A stretch of 64,000 nt of DNA, from NCBI GenBank assembly GCA_951406725.2, contig OX597834.1, positions 46,066,001 to 46,130,000 of the forward strand, read 5' to 3'. This document shows, one piece after another, positions 12,184 to 28,185 of this stretch (positions within the stretch are counted from its first letter, which is position 1; each line of letters starts with the position of its first letter). Origin of the DNA: Octopus vulgaris (taxonomy: Eukaryota). Both the position numbers and the translations under genes were made by a program. Under the pieces are notes generated by a model. It was given only the letters and a program-made list of their open reading frames with translations, was not told the DNA's origin and searched no databases.

Positions 12184-13379
12184 TAATAATAATAATAATA
12201 ATAATTGAGAAAAAATGTAGAGGAATTGTTGGTTATAATTAAATTTTCTAATTTAGTAGGAACAATGAAGTAACAGGAAGTAAGGATATGATAAAGACGA
12301 AAGTAGAATGGTAGAATGGAGGGATGGTTGGATAAAATAAATGAAAGAAACAGTTTGACTGCTACGAACTACAAAGCGTAACAGTCAGTAAGAGTTGTCT
12401 CGAGTGTATTTTACGTTCTTCAGAGATACATGATGAAGATGAGGATGATACTGATGACGTGCACATGCGCACACACACACACGTACACATATATATAGAC
12501 AGATAGATATATGTATATATACACATATATATATATATATACATACACATATATACACATATATACATATATATATATACATAAACACACATATGCATAT
12601 ACATGCATATATATATGATAAATTAATATATATGCATATTTATACATATATATATATATATTTACATGTATATACATATATATACATCTGTGCATGTGTG
12701 CATGTATTGTCTTTGTCCCAGCTGTCTTGTGTGAGTATATCTTTATATATGCACGTATTCGTATCAGTACGTGCAGTTGGGTGTGTGGGTACGTATACAT
12801 GTGAGTGTGTTTAAGCGGACTCACGTAACCGGCATTGCCACAGGAGATGTTTTTATGGATGAAAGATGACAATCGTCAACATCTTAATGGTGAAACAATA
12901 ATAATAATAATCCTTAGAACTTGTAAACAAATTAGTAATTCATCAAATCAAAATGGTGACCATTTATGTCTGGAATCGCCTGAAACCATTTCCGAAGTAG
13001 ATATCACAGTAGAAATACGAAGACCAAATCTAAAAATGTAAAAGTGTTGCTTAGAAATTTCTTTAAGTATGGTGACTCTCCATATTGAATTTATGTTGAA
13101 GGAATTTGATCTTGTTTTGTTGTTGCTTTTAGTGATGGTAGTGGTGATGGTGGTGGCGGTGGTGGTGGTGCGTGTGGAGGTAGTGATTATGTCGATGCTC
13201 GTGCTGGTGATGGTGGTGATGGTGTGTTTGTCCTTCCCTCTTTAGTTTATATGCTGCTCATGTTGCTAATGCTGCTATGCTGTTTCTTGTTCATAACGAC
13301 GGCAACAGAAATAAATATGTACTAAAGCACACACATATATATATATATGTGTGTGTGTGCGTGTGTGTATATATATATT

Positions 13380-13410
<31 letters not shown>

Positions 13411-14293
13411 GTATATATATATATGCATATATATGTATATATATATGTATATATGTATATATATATGTATATATATATACATATATATATTTTCATATAT
13501 GTGTCTATATATGTATATGTGTCTGTGTACAAACGTATGTACATATATACATAAATATATTCATACGCCTACCTGTGGATGCATACATTCATACGTACAT
13601 GCATGATGTGTGTAGGTGGGATCCATTAAGAATTAGTTCCATATAATTTTCTTTGCTTTTGCTGTTTACCAACAGAGAGAAAATAGACCTCCATAGATCT
13701 CACTGTTATTATAAGGCAAGAGTAATTCTACAGCAAGCGGTTTGTGAATAAAGTTTAAAGATATATAATTCAAACATGGAATGTTCTCGATATTAATTTG
13801 CAACATCAAAGCGATGTTTACGTGATTGTGTTTGTGAAAATGTGCATCTATAAATCACTTCGATAAATTATATTGTAGAAATGTTATAGAAAAATGTACG
13901 TAGATATTTTCGTGTCTTCGTGTCATTCAATGGAAGAATTTGTGATGAGAATTTAAATATTTGCAAACAGATATATTATCATCGTATGAATACTGACTTT
14001 TAAACATATACATTCAATTGGAAATTCTGTCGAGGCTAGGCCAGGGTAGTAAAGCGCTATGAATTGATAATGAATGAAATAAAGCAGCACAATTATTCCT
14101 TTCAGGATTCCATGCCAGCAGCAGAGGGTGCTTTTCTTGAGTGGAAACAAGGAACGCTCAATAGGAAGAATGATCAGAATATATCTTTACGTAACTTTAT
14201 CGATAAAATTAACTCTACTGGTTACGCTGTTCTCATTGGTCAAATCAATACATTTGTCAAGGGTCATGTGAAATGTAGGCAGTGGAAATTATG

Positions 14294-14394
<101 letters not shown>

Positions 14395-14519
14395 TGTATA
14401 TGTATATACATATGTATGTATGTTTGTATGTAAGTATGAATGCGTGTATAAAATATATAAATGTAGATATATATATACGTATGTGTGTATATATATATAT
14501 ATACACACATATATGTATA

Positions 14520-14556
<37 letters not shown>

Positions 14557-16198
14557 TCAGACACACACTTATATTCATACATTTGTATATGCATACCGTT
14601 TGAGTAGAAGGAACAGGAAAAATGGAACCCAATACATAATTTTAAAGAAAAACATGTGACTCAAGGGCAGAGAGTTTCGTGCGAGCCATTATCGCTCTAG
14701 ATCTACGGAGCTGATGTCAATCGAAACAGGAACACACCATCCAAGCACGTCAATGTATGAAGGTTCCTAAACGATATTCCGATGTATCAGATTCAGCAAC
14801 CAAAGCTTCTGGGGGGAAAAAAACATGAAAATGCACCCTGCTTTCTTAATTATAACGAACCAAACCCTTAATTCAACTCAGATATATATCATTAAAACCT
14901 CTCCATCTACGTACACATCTCCATTTTTCCCGTCCTCACGGATTAGTTTAATCTCGATAATATCAGGTAGCAACCCATCTACATTCCAGGACGTTTTACG
15001 TACGTTTTGGATGAATCATGATAAAGTCATGCACCGATACTCCACACCGATAATTACATATATCTAATTATTTCTGTTATCTTTGAATACCGGATACAAT
15101 TATCACATGATATCATTTGGAACGTGTTTCACAAATATTGAAACACAAGTCAACCATTCTCCTTCTCGATTCTTTACATTCTATATTTCCCTTTTCATGT
15201 CTAATTGCTCTATCACCACATCTACAAATGGATTCTAGCAACTAAATTATCCTTCCTGATGGCTAATGCACATACTAAAGCACTTTCTGTTAATAAATAG
15301 GATTTCGATTAAGATGTCCTACCGGATGTTTACTATGATGACATACGTGATTTTATAGCGCACGATGTCTTGCATTTTAAACCACTGTGCAAACACACAC
15401 GCCACCTATCAATCTCAATTCTAGTTAATAGTTGTGACCAATGGCTCGACTGGGATTTTCACAAGGTATAAACGAAGGATCTATTTTGTTCTGACGAATG
15501 CAAATTCAAATCTAGTAATCTGTTCTCTAGTTTAGCGTAAACGCATTCCCGTTAGAAATGTTACAGAATCTATTTGTTGCTATTTCGATCCATCTCGGCT
15601 CTTACCGAAACAAACTTAATCACGAAAAGCATTCTAATTGTGGCCATCCCCATCTGCTTATAACGCAATATTTCCAAAACTACATTATCAGACAACGTAC
15701 AATTCTATTTCTAAGAGAGTAAGGTTGGCACAAGTGGAATTTCTCTGCTGTTTTTAGCAAAACAGAGGTACATATACATTAGTGGTTGTTCGATATGCAG
15801 CAATTCGTGTTTAGTTGAAAATTGAAGTTATATATATGTATATATTAGTGTATATTTTCGCGGGTGTGTATGCGCATGTGTGTGTACAAAGACACACAGA
15901 CCCATGATGGCTTAGTTGGTCGAAACTTCTAAGCTATATAGTTGTACTCTCCAAAAAGTATAGCCTAACCCATCAGATTAATGTAATATTGTTTATATTA
16001 TAACTGAACATATAAACAAATATTCACATTGTTAATTCCGACTCCAATTCTTCACTACGCCATACATATTTCCATTATGACCCAAATCACCGTCATGGTG
16101 GCCTCCCAGGTGGACTTCTCCGATCTCTACGATACCGAAAAGGAGAGCAACGGTTTCGTATTGTAACTATATATTGATATTATTGATATTATATAGCA

Positions 16199-16420
16199 GG
16201 GCGGCGAGCTGGCAGAATCGTTAGCACGAAGGGCGAAATGCTATTCGGTATTTTCTCTGCCGTTACGATCTGAGTTCAAATTCCGCCGAGGTCGACTATG
16301 CGTTTCATCCTTTCGAGGTCGATTAAATAAGTACCAGTTTCACACTGGGGTCGATGTAATTGACTTAATCACTTTGTCCGTCCTTGTTCCCCTCTTTGCT
16401 AAGCCCCGGGTGGGCAATAA
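16199..16420 (+). mobile_element. SINE family B (Meta-domain-like)
   Basis: ggcggcgagctggcagaatcgttagcac head, B-box gagttcaaattcc, tttcatcctttcgaggtcgattaaataagtaccagtt core resembling the MetaSINE central domain; A-rich end. Confidence 0.85.
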
Positions 16421-16529
16421 AAAAAAATTATTATATCATATAGCACTCATGAACTGAAGATTCTTGATGACCATCACTCCTGAAGAGCGAACTCAAGAAA
16501 CAACATCGTAAAACCATAATTTTGAAATA

Positions 16530-16650
16530 AAAGCAACACGAAATGAAATACCTTACTCAAGAATCATTGAGATTACTTATTCAGGAACAGAACCCACGGC
16601 TCTACGATCGAGACCGTAGCACGGCGAACCACTAGACCATGTGTCGTCAC
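16530..16650 (-). mobile_element. Degraded SINE family C head
   Basis: Minus strand tggtctagtggtt...gtgggttc...cttgagtaaggtatttcatttcgtgttgc. Confidence 0.55.
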
Positions 16651-16956
16651 TACATTTTACAGAAAATCTAAGATGAAAATAAGAGAGAGCTTGTGTCGAT
16701 GGTGCTGTTGCAACATATGCTCGAGACTTTGGTTTCAGGGTAACTGTACAGTGACTTATAAGAGTTTACTAAGAGTTATTTTAAGTTATTGACATTTTAA
16801 ACTGCAGCACAACAGATCAAACGGAACACAAAATAAATAGCAAAGAATAACATACACGAAACGTTACTGTAAACAGCTCACATTATACACACACATGTGT
16901 GAATGTATCGGCATAATCATACACATATACGTACGTATATATGTGTGTGTGTGTGA

Positions 16957-17020
<64 letters not shown>

Positions 17021-18184
17021 TGTATGCGTGTATGCATGAAGGGGGGTTGGAAAGAGAGAGGCTTGGGTAGCAAGTGCAAATAAGTGGAATGACTTCAAAG
17101 TACGATATATACACCTGTGTGAACAACGTAGAGAAGTGTGTGCTCTTTATTGTGTATATGCATGTGTTATGTATGTAGTAAGATGTATAGATAGATACAT
17201 AGCTGATATATATGTATATCAGCTATGTATATATATGCATATATATATATATGCATATATATATACATACATACACACATATACACTCACACATATATAT
17301 ATACACACACATATATACAAACACACACAAATAAACATATATATATTCATATATATATATATATACATGTATATGCACAATACGCACACATACATAGATA
17401 CAAACACAGATGTATGCATATATATCTATAATTTCTATGCTTTCGCGGGGTTTTTTTCAGTTTTAGGGTTAAATATATGCTTATATATATACATACATAA
17501 GTATATATATATATAAATATATATATATATATTTAACACACACATATATATGCATACATGTGTATATGTTTAGTAACGCAGTGTGGTGGGTGGGTATGTG
17601 TGTTTGAGTGTGTATGTATGTATTTGTGCGTGTGTGTATGCAAAAAGGAACATAGTATTTTTTCTAGACGTTTCCGGAAATGAACAGTCTGCAAGCTCCA
17701 ACTTCCGTTTCTAACGGTTCATTTTTTTCTTTAATGTTTTTTCAGGGTTTCTTGCTTTTTGGTGGCTTCTTGCGGTGTATATTCTTTCATATACGTCCAT
17801 ATATTCACATATATGTATATAAGTACACACTCATGTGCTAATATATGTATATATACATATATATACATATATGCACATATAGATGAAGTAATATGTATTT
17901 ATATATGTATATGATATAGATTTCTGAGTCTATGTGTGTGTGCGTGTGAATATATACCTGCATATATGCTTATACTTACACGTTTAATGTCTACCTATAT
18001 GTATATATACACCTATATATCTTTGTGTACATACTTTTTGATAACTACATCTGAACAGAATATTCTAGTTGTTTGCGAAAGAGTATGTTATTGCGTATAT
18101 AAGCTAAGAATATATTATTGCGTATATATGCTATTATATACGCAATAATATATTGTGCCTGTATATATATTCTCCTTATTCTGC

Positions 18185-18218
<34 letters not shown>

Positions 18219-18468
18219 GCTTACATACATATGTTCATACACATACTCACACACACACACACATATGTCTATATAAACGTTTGAGTGTTTGTATGTAAAT
18301 GTGTGCATGTATATATACCTGTATATATATATATATATATTATGTGTATGCGACCAATCCGCCATGTTGTTGTTTACAACACTGGAGTAACATAGCTTTC
18401 TTATCTTGTATCTCTCTTATCTCCTCTCTGTCTGTCTTTTTCAATATCACCCTCACCCTTTCTCTTCA

Positions 18469-18507
<39 letters not shown>

Positions 18508-18685
18508 ACTCCAATTCTCACTATATTTGTACGTCTTTCTGTCTCTCTTACTCTTTGTCCCAATCTGTCTCTTCTCTCTCTCTCTCTCTCTCTCTCTCAA
18601 TGTTTCTTTCTTCAGACCAAATTATGATTATTATTAGCTCCATTGTTTACCTCACTCTCTTCCTGTATAACTGTTGCCACGCATT

Positions 18686-18720
<35 letters not shown>

Positions 18721-19419
18721 GTCTCTTCTTCCATCTCTCTTTTCCAGTCTTTCTTTTTAAATATGTTTTTTATCTTTGTTTGTGTTTATTCTTCTTTCTT
18801 CTCCATCTCGTCATAATACCAAATAATAGTGATCACCAGTTTCTACTGTCAGATGTTTAGAGTGAATGCCTTTGTAGCAGTGAATGTCTTAATGAACAGT
18901 TCACAGATGTGATGTATGTCGTTCATTCTAGGTCTTTCTCTGACTTCACCACTGCCTCTCGCTGTCATACGCCTTCGCTTCGACATCCTCCTGCTCCCTC
19001 CCGCCTTCTTATTCCTCACACAATTTCCTTTGATCTGTTTCTTCTCCTTTAGAGCACGTACAGAATATGTTTCGTCAGACTTAATTAAGATATAGAAATG
19101 AAAATTGCGGCAGCCCAGTGGAAGAGACGCTGGATTAATATTTCCGGCATTATAAGTTCAAACGAGTTGCAGTTAATATCGTAAAGTTTAGCAACAAGAT
19201 ACTGTATTGTGCAACCCCTCAGTTCAACTAGTTACCATCAAGATGTAGGAAAGTAGAAAGCAGTGCATTGTGGGACCTGATCCTGATATCCTGGTAGTTA
19301 TTTATACACACTGGAGTCGCTGTAATCCACTATCTTCTTCTTACTTGTGCCACACTTTGAAACCATTATTATTGTTATTGTTATTATTATTATTATTGTT
19401 GTTGTTGTTATTATTGTTG

Positions 19420-19504
<85 letters not shown>

Positions 19505-19534
19505 CATTATAATCATTAATGTTATTATCATTTA

Positions 19535-19725
19535 AGGCGGCGATCTAACAGAATCGTCTGCTCCCCGGGTGAAATGCCTAGGTGGCATTTCATTCGTCTC
19601 TACTTTCTGATTTCATATTCTGCCGAGGTCTAATGTTTTCCTTTCCGCCTCTCGGTATCTATGAAATAAGTTAGACTTTCTCCTCACCCGAACTTACTGC
19701 CCTGGTGCCAACATTCGAAACCAAT
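19535..19725 (+). mobile_element. SINE family B, degraded
   Basis: aaggcggcgatctaacagaatcgt...gaaatgcctag...gccgaggtc; follows an (ATT)n tract. Confidence 0.7.
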
Positions 19726-20173
19726 ACCTTTTTCAATAAGGTTTGTATTTGGTAAAGAGTAGAGTTGGAATAGTAAATATTGTCTTACCTATTTTTCTCT
19801 ATTTAAATCTTCATCATGATCATGATCATGATCATCATCATCATCATCATCACCATCCTTATCATCATCATCATCGTATAGCTAGTATAGTGAGTTCAAA
19901 ATCATCAACCATAGATTAACAACATATGAAATTATTCGCACGAGGTAACGATATCTCGTTTATCTGGTGCGTTTTTTAATGTTATATTACGGTTTATAAT
20001 CGAATTTTCTGTTGAGCTTGTATTTCTTCGGTATTTTTCCTATATTTATCGTTTTGGACAGGTCACACGAGTACACTTTCTCTTGTACCAACACAGAGCA
20101 GAGCGAATTCTAACACCATTAATATACTGCACAAAACCTAACGCTATAGCGCAAGTTCAGACATACTCACACA

Positions 20174-20239
<66 letters not shown>

Positions 20240-20856
20240 GACTCAGATAAACATGCACAAACGAACCTACAAACGGACAGACAGACAAATACGAGCTCGT
20301 GTCGTTCACAAAGGTTTTCTAGCAGAAGAGCATAAGGATAAGCACTTTCTTCAAACATTTATTTCATATTTCTAAAAACTTTCATTCAGTGGATATTTCA
20401 TAACGAAACCGGGTTCCTATTATCAGCGGATGGTCGGACACGAGTACCTCTGGGTACTGAAAGTCGGTGCTTTTCAGATATAATGTATTAAAAAGCAATC
20501 TACATTTGCATTGAATCCGGAAATCTTTGCTTGTAGTCAACACTGTCGAATACTGAGAATGAGTGCTCAACGCAACACCGGGGGACGTGTGTATTTGGTA
20601 AAACAAATGTAAAAGAGGCTAATTTTGCCCTGCACCAACAAGACTTATGCTCTAAAATCGATAAAAAAATTATAGTGATTCGCCGTAAGGAGTGGGAAAT
20701 TTAACGTTTTGTATACAATCCTTTTCCGAGAGAAAGTTTGAAAGGAGAAGATTTAATGAGAGATATCCTAGTTTTACATTTTCTCTGATATACATATATG
20801 TGCATATATACATGTGTGTGTGAGTTTGTGTCTGTGATAGAGAGAGAGAGAAAGAG

Positions 20857-21006
<150 letters not shown>

Positions 21007-21116
21007 TATAGATATAGATATATACATATATGTATATATGCATATATACAAATACACACACGTACGCACACACACATACATGTAAAGTATGTACATATAC
21101 ATGTATACATAGAGAT

Positions 21117-21166
<50 letters not shown>

Positions 21167-21275
21167 TTTCACATATGAGATGAAGGCATTCCCGTATATG
21201 TATATAAATATAATCACTATATACTACACTGTCTATAATATATGCATATATATATATGTGTGTGTGTGTTTGTGT

Positions 21276-21326
<51 letters not shown>

Positions 21327-21531
21327 GTGTGTATGTGTGTGTATTTATATTTATATTTATATTTATATTTATATGATGACTGGAACATCCGTAAACGCTT
21401 CCGTGGGTTCCCTACACATACTTAAAGAGAAGAGATGGTCATTACTAAAGCACCTTTGATATCACAGGCCACTTCAGCCGGCAGTGACCCCTGGCTAAAT
21501 ACCACTAACACCAAAAACAAAACTAACAACG

Positions 21532-21606
<75 letters not shown>

Positions 21607-21881
21607 GTGTGTACACGTTCACAAACACACACACACGTTGTCAGTAAATATAATGAAACGTATTTTCAAGTTAGATATCAAAAGCTTGGCAAATCCATCC
21701 ATTAAATTCTCTCCGTGTCTTTTTGATGTTAGACCAAAGTCTTGCACTACGTCTTTACATTATTCTTTCATTTTGCTACCATCATCATCATCACCATCAT
21801 CCTCATCAGCCTCATCATCATCATCATTATTTTCGTTGATATTATTGTTTCTGTTATTGTTTTTATTATTACTTAATCCCC

Positions 21882-21934
<53 letters not shown>

Positions 21935-21949
21935 TACTACTATTATTAT

Positions 21950-22012
<63 letters not shown>

Positions 22013-23149
22013 AAAATACTACTACTACTACTATTATTATTATTATTCATTGTTCGCTGTCATTTTCCCCGGTGTTTTATGTTATTTATGTTATTTATTG
22101 TTTTTTTTTTATCTTTTGTTTTCGGGATTTTATTGGTCTTGTTCGCAGCATTATTGTTTGTTTCTGATATCTTCATATAAAAATAAATCGTTCGTGCATT
22201 TCATATCAGATGAAATATATATAACTCATTCAAATTTCTATCATGGCTGATTCTCTCTGAGATGATAAGCTGCCATCTTGATTGGTTTGCTTGTTAAAAT
22301 GCTTTCATTCTGTTTCTGGCGATTTTTTTTATGTTTTGTCGTTGTTTTTTTTTTCGTTTTCCTTTTTAGATTTGTATGTTTGTGAAGTCGCGGTGACGGG
22401 GTATTATATTTTATTGCTGTTATTATTGTTGTTGCTGCTGCGGTTATCGTCATTGTAGCTGTTGCTGTCCATATTGTGGCTGTTGTTTTTGCTATTAATT
22501 TTGTTGTTGATCGTACTCCTGCTTCTATTTTTATTATTACTGATGTTGTTGTTGGTATTATTGTTGTTACTTCTACTATTGTTATTTTTGTTCTTACTAC
22601 TCATGATGTTGTTATTGTCATTCTTCTGTGGTTGCTGTTGTTATCGTTTACGTTATTGTTGCTTCCATTCTGTTAGCCACAAAATATGGATACGTATTTA
22701 TGATTGTTTACGATTTCCTCCATGCTTCCGTCACATTTTCTAGGTTTTGATATTGGTGTTGTTGTTGTTGTTATGGTAGTCTTCCTCGTTGTGGTTTTTA
22801 CTCAATCCATTCTGTGACAAAGAAGATGAAGATGTGGGGAGGAAACTAAGTATAACTTTGAGTAATTTATCTTTTATCTTTTACTTGTTTCAGCACCGTT
22901 TTGAAGTACCCCTGTACTTATTTCTAAAGCATGCTGCCTTTTGCTGATCCGCTAAGTTACACACTAAACGCACTAACACAGGTCGTAAATCGCTGGTTAG
23001 GACAAACACAGAAACAAACACGCATACGCATACGCACACATATAAACACACACACACTCGGCCACACACACACACGCGCGCGCACACATGCCTATGCTCT
23101 TACTATTTTACTTGTTTCAGTCGATTCCGCTCAAAAGGTCCCTGAATAA

Positions 23150-23375
23150 GGGTTGTTTAAGAATGTTGAACGAAACACCCATGTTTCCAGAGGTGAATTA
23201 TTCAACCCCCAAAGAATCCCTCTCAACACATGGCTATGATGCTTCCCCCACTACTTCTGCTCGTGATCAGAGATGCACATATCGTCAGCCACTATGGGAC
23301 ATGCCCAACTGGTTACGGTCAGACAAGTGACAAGCAAATCTGTGGTTTGAGCAGAATATTTGCTGTAGCACATCA
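23150..23375 (+). mobile_element. Internal fragment of the MITE family seen at 40838-41184
   Basis: caacacatggctatgatgct..cccactacttctg..atcagagatgcacatatcgtcagccact..gggacatgc..aaatctgtgg..gagcagaatatttgctgt is shared with ~40885-41090. Confidence 0.8.
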
Positions 23376-23377
23376 TA

Positions 23378-23670
23378 GTGGTGGTGGTGGTGGTGGTGCT
23401 TCTGCTGACGATGATGATGATGATGATGATAATGACGACGGCAACGACGACGATGATGATGATAATGATGATGATGACGATGACGATGATAATGATGATG
23501 ATTATGATGATGATGATGATGAGGATGATGTTGATGATGATAATGACTATGACGATGATAATGATGATGATGGTGATGATGATGATGAGGAGGAGGAGGA
23601 TGGCGACGACGATGATGACAACAACGACGACGATTATGATGATGACAATGATGATGGTGATAACGTCGGC
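23378..23670. repeat. (GAT/GAC/GGT)n degenerate triplet array
   Basis: Direct reading; gives the poly-D/H/M ORFs. Confidence 0.9.
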
Positions 23671-24071
23671 GAATAGGATGACGATCTTGACATCCAGGAC
23701 AAAAAATTATATTGTTAAAAATTAATAAAACAAACGCTACAAGAAAGAATTGAAGACAATACATTTTATTGATGTTGCTATTGTTCCATGTCTTCCAGTT
23801 AATTCCCCCTCCATTTTCGGTTTCTTTTCCTGTTGCTTTCTTGTTTATCGATATTGCGTCGTTTGAGTGACCAGCAATGGACATTAATTGTTGAATCCCC
23901 CTGTAATTCGCACCACCCAAGGTCAGATAGTCCTTATATTTAGTCCTTATATTTAGGAAATATTCCTAAAGGAGAAACATTCTCTAAGCATCCAATTTTC
24001 GCAAGGAATCCAATTGCAGAGTTTCCAAAATAGACAGGAAACGAAGACAAATGCAATTTCTTATATATCAT

Positions 24072-24126
<55 letters not shown>

Positions 24127-24214
24127 GTACATGCATGCATACATACATGTATACATACATACATACATACATATAAACATGCATACATATATATACATAC
24201 ATATATAAATAAAG

Positions 24215-24250
<36 letters not shown>

Positions 24251-24405
24251 TTATATATATATGCATCAACATATCTGTATACATAACCATATATATAAAT
24301 GTGCATCTATACGTGAGTATATATGTATGCATTACATATTTCATATACATATCAACATATAACATGCATATAATATATTTTGCGCTACATAAATACACAC
24401 GCATA

Positions 24406-24468
<63 letters not shown>

Positions 24469-24553
24469 ATATGTATGTATGTATGTATATATATATAGAA
24501 ACACACATACACACACACTCATACACACACGCATATATTTACAAAAATGTAGG

Positions 24554-24594
<41 letters not shown>

Positions 24595-25805
24595 AATACA
24601 TACATGCGCGTGTATATATTTCCGTGTGTGCACGAGTGCGTTTGTGTGTAGATATGTATCTATATACATACACACGTGCGCATCTACAGCAAGAGAAGAC
24701 GACGAACAATACGCTTTAAAGAAATGAAAGCGAAACCAAGTTACCTCTTTCGAAAGGAACAAGAACAGCATTAGAACATTATAAATAACCGTCATAGTGT
24801 CAGATGTATTCCTCTATAGATTCTTTATGATTCTTCTCCATATATTTCATTTCTATTCTCATTCATTCGCCTCCTCACCGGTATTTCTTTTCTGTTAGCA
24901 TTTATATAGTTATTTATTTATTTATCTATTTATTTACTTATCTGTTTATTTATTTCTATATTTATTTGTCTATATGTTTCGTCCATCTAGCTTCCGAAAT
25001 TTTCGTTTATCATTTCGCTCGTAAAAGCTCTCACTTAGAAACGGTTGTGCCATTACTTATTTCCTGGCTGATCAAATTGGATTACGCATTAACGCACAAA
25101 GAGGCATTTATATTTATGCACACCATGCATACAACCACAAAAGACGCAAGACACACACACACACACACATTTAAATACATCCTATCATATATTTATATGT
25201 ATGTGTATATGTGTGTGTGTGTATGTATATATAAACGCAAATATGTATTTGTGAGTTTGTGTATATGTTTTAGCCAGAGTATAAGGATGTATGTATATGT
25301 ACATTAGTATATATGTACAGATACTCACACCCATATATATAGCATATTGGCACTTTAAAAGTCATCTAGGTAAGTAGATATATATGATTCAGAAGATATT
25401 GATAAATGTTGCCACGTTGCCACATTGGTCCATGTGTGTGTTTGTGTGTGTGTGTTTTGTTCACCTTTTGGGAGCAATCCATTTTCTTACATCTGGTCCC
25501 TGACCCTTATACAGTAAATACCAATTTATTGTAACGTTTTTCTATTGACCCCCTCAAATGAATATTTCGACAAAATAAATAAACGACCATCCCTAGGGAG
25601 CACGCAGAGCAGATTTCCTTTAACGAAAGTGAATGCACTCAGGGCCACATAATGGCTCATGGGATACATGCCACTTTCTCACTCTCAATTCTTTTGTCTC
25701 CCACGAAGACACACACTCACACACAGTCCTACAAGCCCGTATTAAGTCGCACAACACATTCACATGTGTATGTTAGACAGATAGTTAAATAGATAGATAG
25801 ATAAC

Positions 25806-25880
<75 letters not shown>

Positions 25881-26739
25881 ACCCTTGAGAAACATACCGA
25901 AACAAGTGTAGAATGGGAGAGAAGTCGATCCAGATTTCTACATTCACCCATACTTAGACTTTTATAAAATCGTACACACAGCCCCCTACCACCATCTATC
26001 CACGTGCGTGTGCATGTGTGTGTATGTGTGTGTGTGTGTGTGTGTGTGTACTTCCGATGACTTTGGTGATGAAGACGATGATGGTGGCAGCGATGGTAAG
26101 AATAACGTTGATGATCACGATCATTATGATCGTTACTGAAACAAATTGTATAAAATGTGTGCCTGTCATCGTCCTTGAGATTTTTAAACCGCACGATTTC
26201 TAATGGGGAAATTCCTATCGATATTATCAATTGTGATAATGGAAGATTGACAGACAAAAAAGAAAAATAGACAAACTCCGAAAGTAAATAAAAGAAAAAA
26301 AACAAATTGGAAATAACATGAAATAATCGTAAAATATTAAAAGCAAGAATGCCAGGGCGTGATGGGAGGGAAGGGTGCAGAGCTTGTGGTGGGAGAGACG
26401 AGTACGATTCTTCTCTCTATCTTCCTGTTTCTCTGCGTGTGTGTTAGTCTCTTTCTGTTTGGTATATTATTCCGTGTATACGATTCTGGATGCAATTGTT
26501 TCTGATTATGTGAATGTGTGCTTGAGTGTGCGTGTGTGTATGTGTGTGTTTGCATGTGTGCGTGTAGAATGTGGGGTATGTATATGACTGTGCGTGTGTG
26601 TGTGTGTGAGTTGGTATAAAATTGGGTTTTTTTTAATAAACTATAAAATAATCTATATACAAGCAAATTGACGATGGAAAAACTGAACGTATTATATTAA
26701 TCCTGTAATTTTAAATAATGATGAAACTTTGGAAGGTGG

Positions 26740-26850
26740 AAGAGGAGGAGGAGAAGAAGAAGAAGAAGAAGAAGAAGAAGAAGAAGAAGAAGAAGAAGAA
26801 GAAGAAGAAGAAGAAGAAGAAGAAGAAGAAGAAGAAGAAGAAGAAGAAGC
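26740..26850. repeat. (GAA)n microsatellite
   Basis: Direct reading. Confidence 0.95.
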
Positions 26851-27108
26851 AGATGGTGATGATGACGAAGGAGGAAGAGGAGGAAGTAGAATTGGAGGCG
26901 GATGAAGATGACGAGAGGAGAGAGGAGAAAATGTATAAGAAATTGAAAGGAAAGAGAGAAACCAACAAACAAACAAAAAAAAAACAAGAAAGCCGGAGAA
27001 AATATAAAAGAAGTCACCAATAAAAGTAAAACTAAAAGAAATATATGAAATAAAATAATACTTCATAATACTAATAATGATAATACTTCACAATAAAATT
27101 TTTTTAAA

Positions 27109-27171
<63 letters not shown>

Positions 27172-27179
27172 TTTTTAAA

Positions 27180-27277
<98 letters not shown>

Positions 27278-27724
27278 CAATAATAATCAGCGGCAGCAGC
27301 AGCAGCGCGGTTCGTTATCTTTTTAATCGCCTTATTTTAATCTGTTGGGATGGATGATTTGGTGACATGCACTGAAAGAAAAAGATAACGGAGTGTTAAG
27401 TGCTGGAGATTTTACAGACCGGAGCAAAATATTGGAATCGCCATTAGTTCTGAAGGATGTTTTTAAAAATGTATTTTGGGATGGGTTCGATCAGAAAGGG
27501 TTTTGTGTGTATCTGTGTCTTGGAGTGCTCATGTATGTGTGTATGTGTGTTTTGGGGTGGGGTTCAAATAGGTTTAAAAGAATTGTGCATGAACCAAAAT
27601 TCTTGATTTAGGATTTCTTAATTTAAAAAATCGCTGATGAGAACTGGATTCGAAATCCATCCCGGATAACAAATCTTTGGTTTAATATTTCTTAAGTCAA
27701 AATCCGCAATCCGCTATGGTGTAG

Positions 27725-28185
27725 TCGCAGGCATGTCTGTGTGGGATTAAGGGGCTCGTTTGCAAGTATGTGGCATCGGGATTAGTCTCGTTTCGAAATG
27801 CCATGACTAAGTGTCGTCTATTACAGACATTGGCCGATCAGGACCTTGTAAGTGGATATCGTAAACGAAACTACCTGAAAGCCAGTCGTGTATGTGTATG
27901 TGTGTGTCTGTGTCAGTGTGCGCGCATTTGAGCGTGAAAAGAGAGAGAGAAAGATAGGGTGGATGTTTTAATGGCTGTCTCTGTGTGTGTCTCTTTACAA
28001 CAGCTTGTTCGACAACAGCTGCTAGTTTGCTTACGTGCCCGTATCTTAGCAGTTCGGCAAAAGAAAAGGACACTACCAGGCTTTACAAATAATAAGGACT
28101 AGGAGCGATTTGTTCGACTAAACTCTTTAATGCTGTGCCCCAGTATGGCCACGTTCCAATGTATGAAACAAGCAACAGAGATAAG
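27725..28185 (+). mobile_element. Old, diverged near-full-length SINE family A
   Basis: gcaggcatgtctgtgtgg head...ccttgtaagtggat...ttacgtgcccgtatcttagcagttcggcaaaaga...gtgccccagtatggcc...gaaacaag. Confidence 0.7.

Noticed and set aside
15900-15945. catgatggcttagttggtcgaaac, resembling a decayed hammerhead
   Set aside because: The core is incomplete and stems I/III are not supportable.
16478-16512. CUGAAGA...GAAAC motif
   Set aside because: Stems I and II do not pair in hammerhead register.
23230-23920. Acidic poly-Asp / poly-His ORFs (similar ones at 62545-63060)
   Set aside because: Degenerate (GAT)n arrays; the N-terminal part at 23230 comes from a MITE fragment; no splice or domain support.
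27634-27665. CUGAUGA-GAA(CUGGA)UUC-GAAA hammerhead-like core
   Set aside because: Stem I cannot be formed and stem III is marginal; no repeat context seen.
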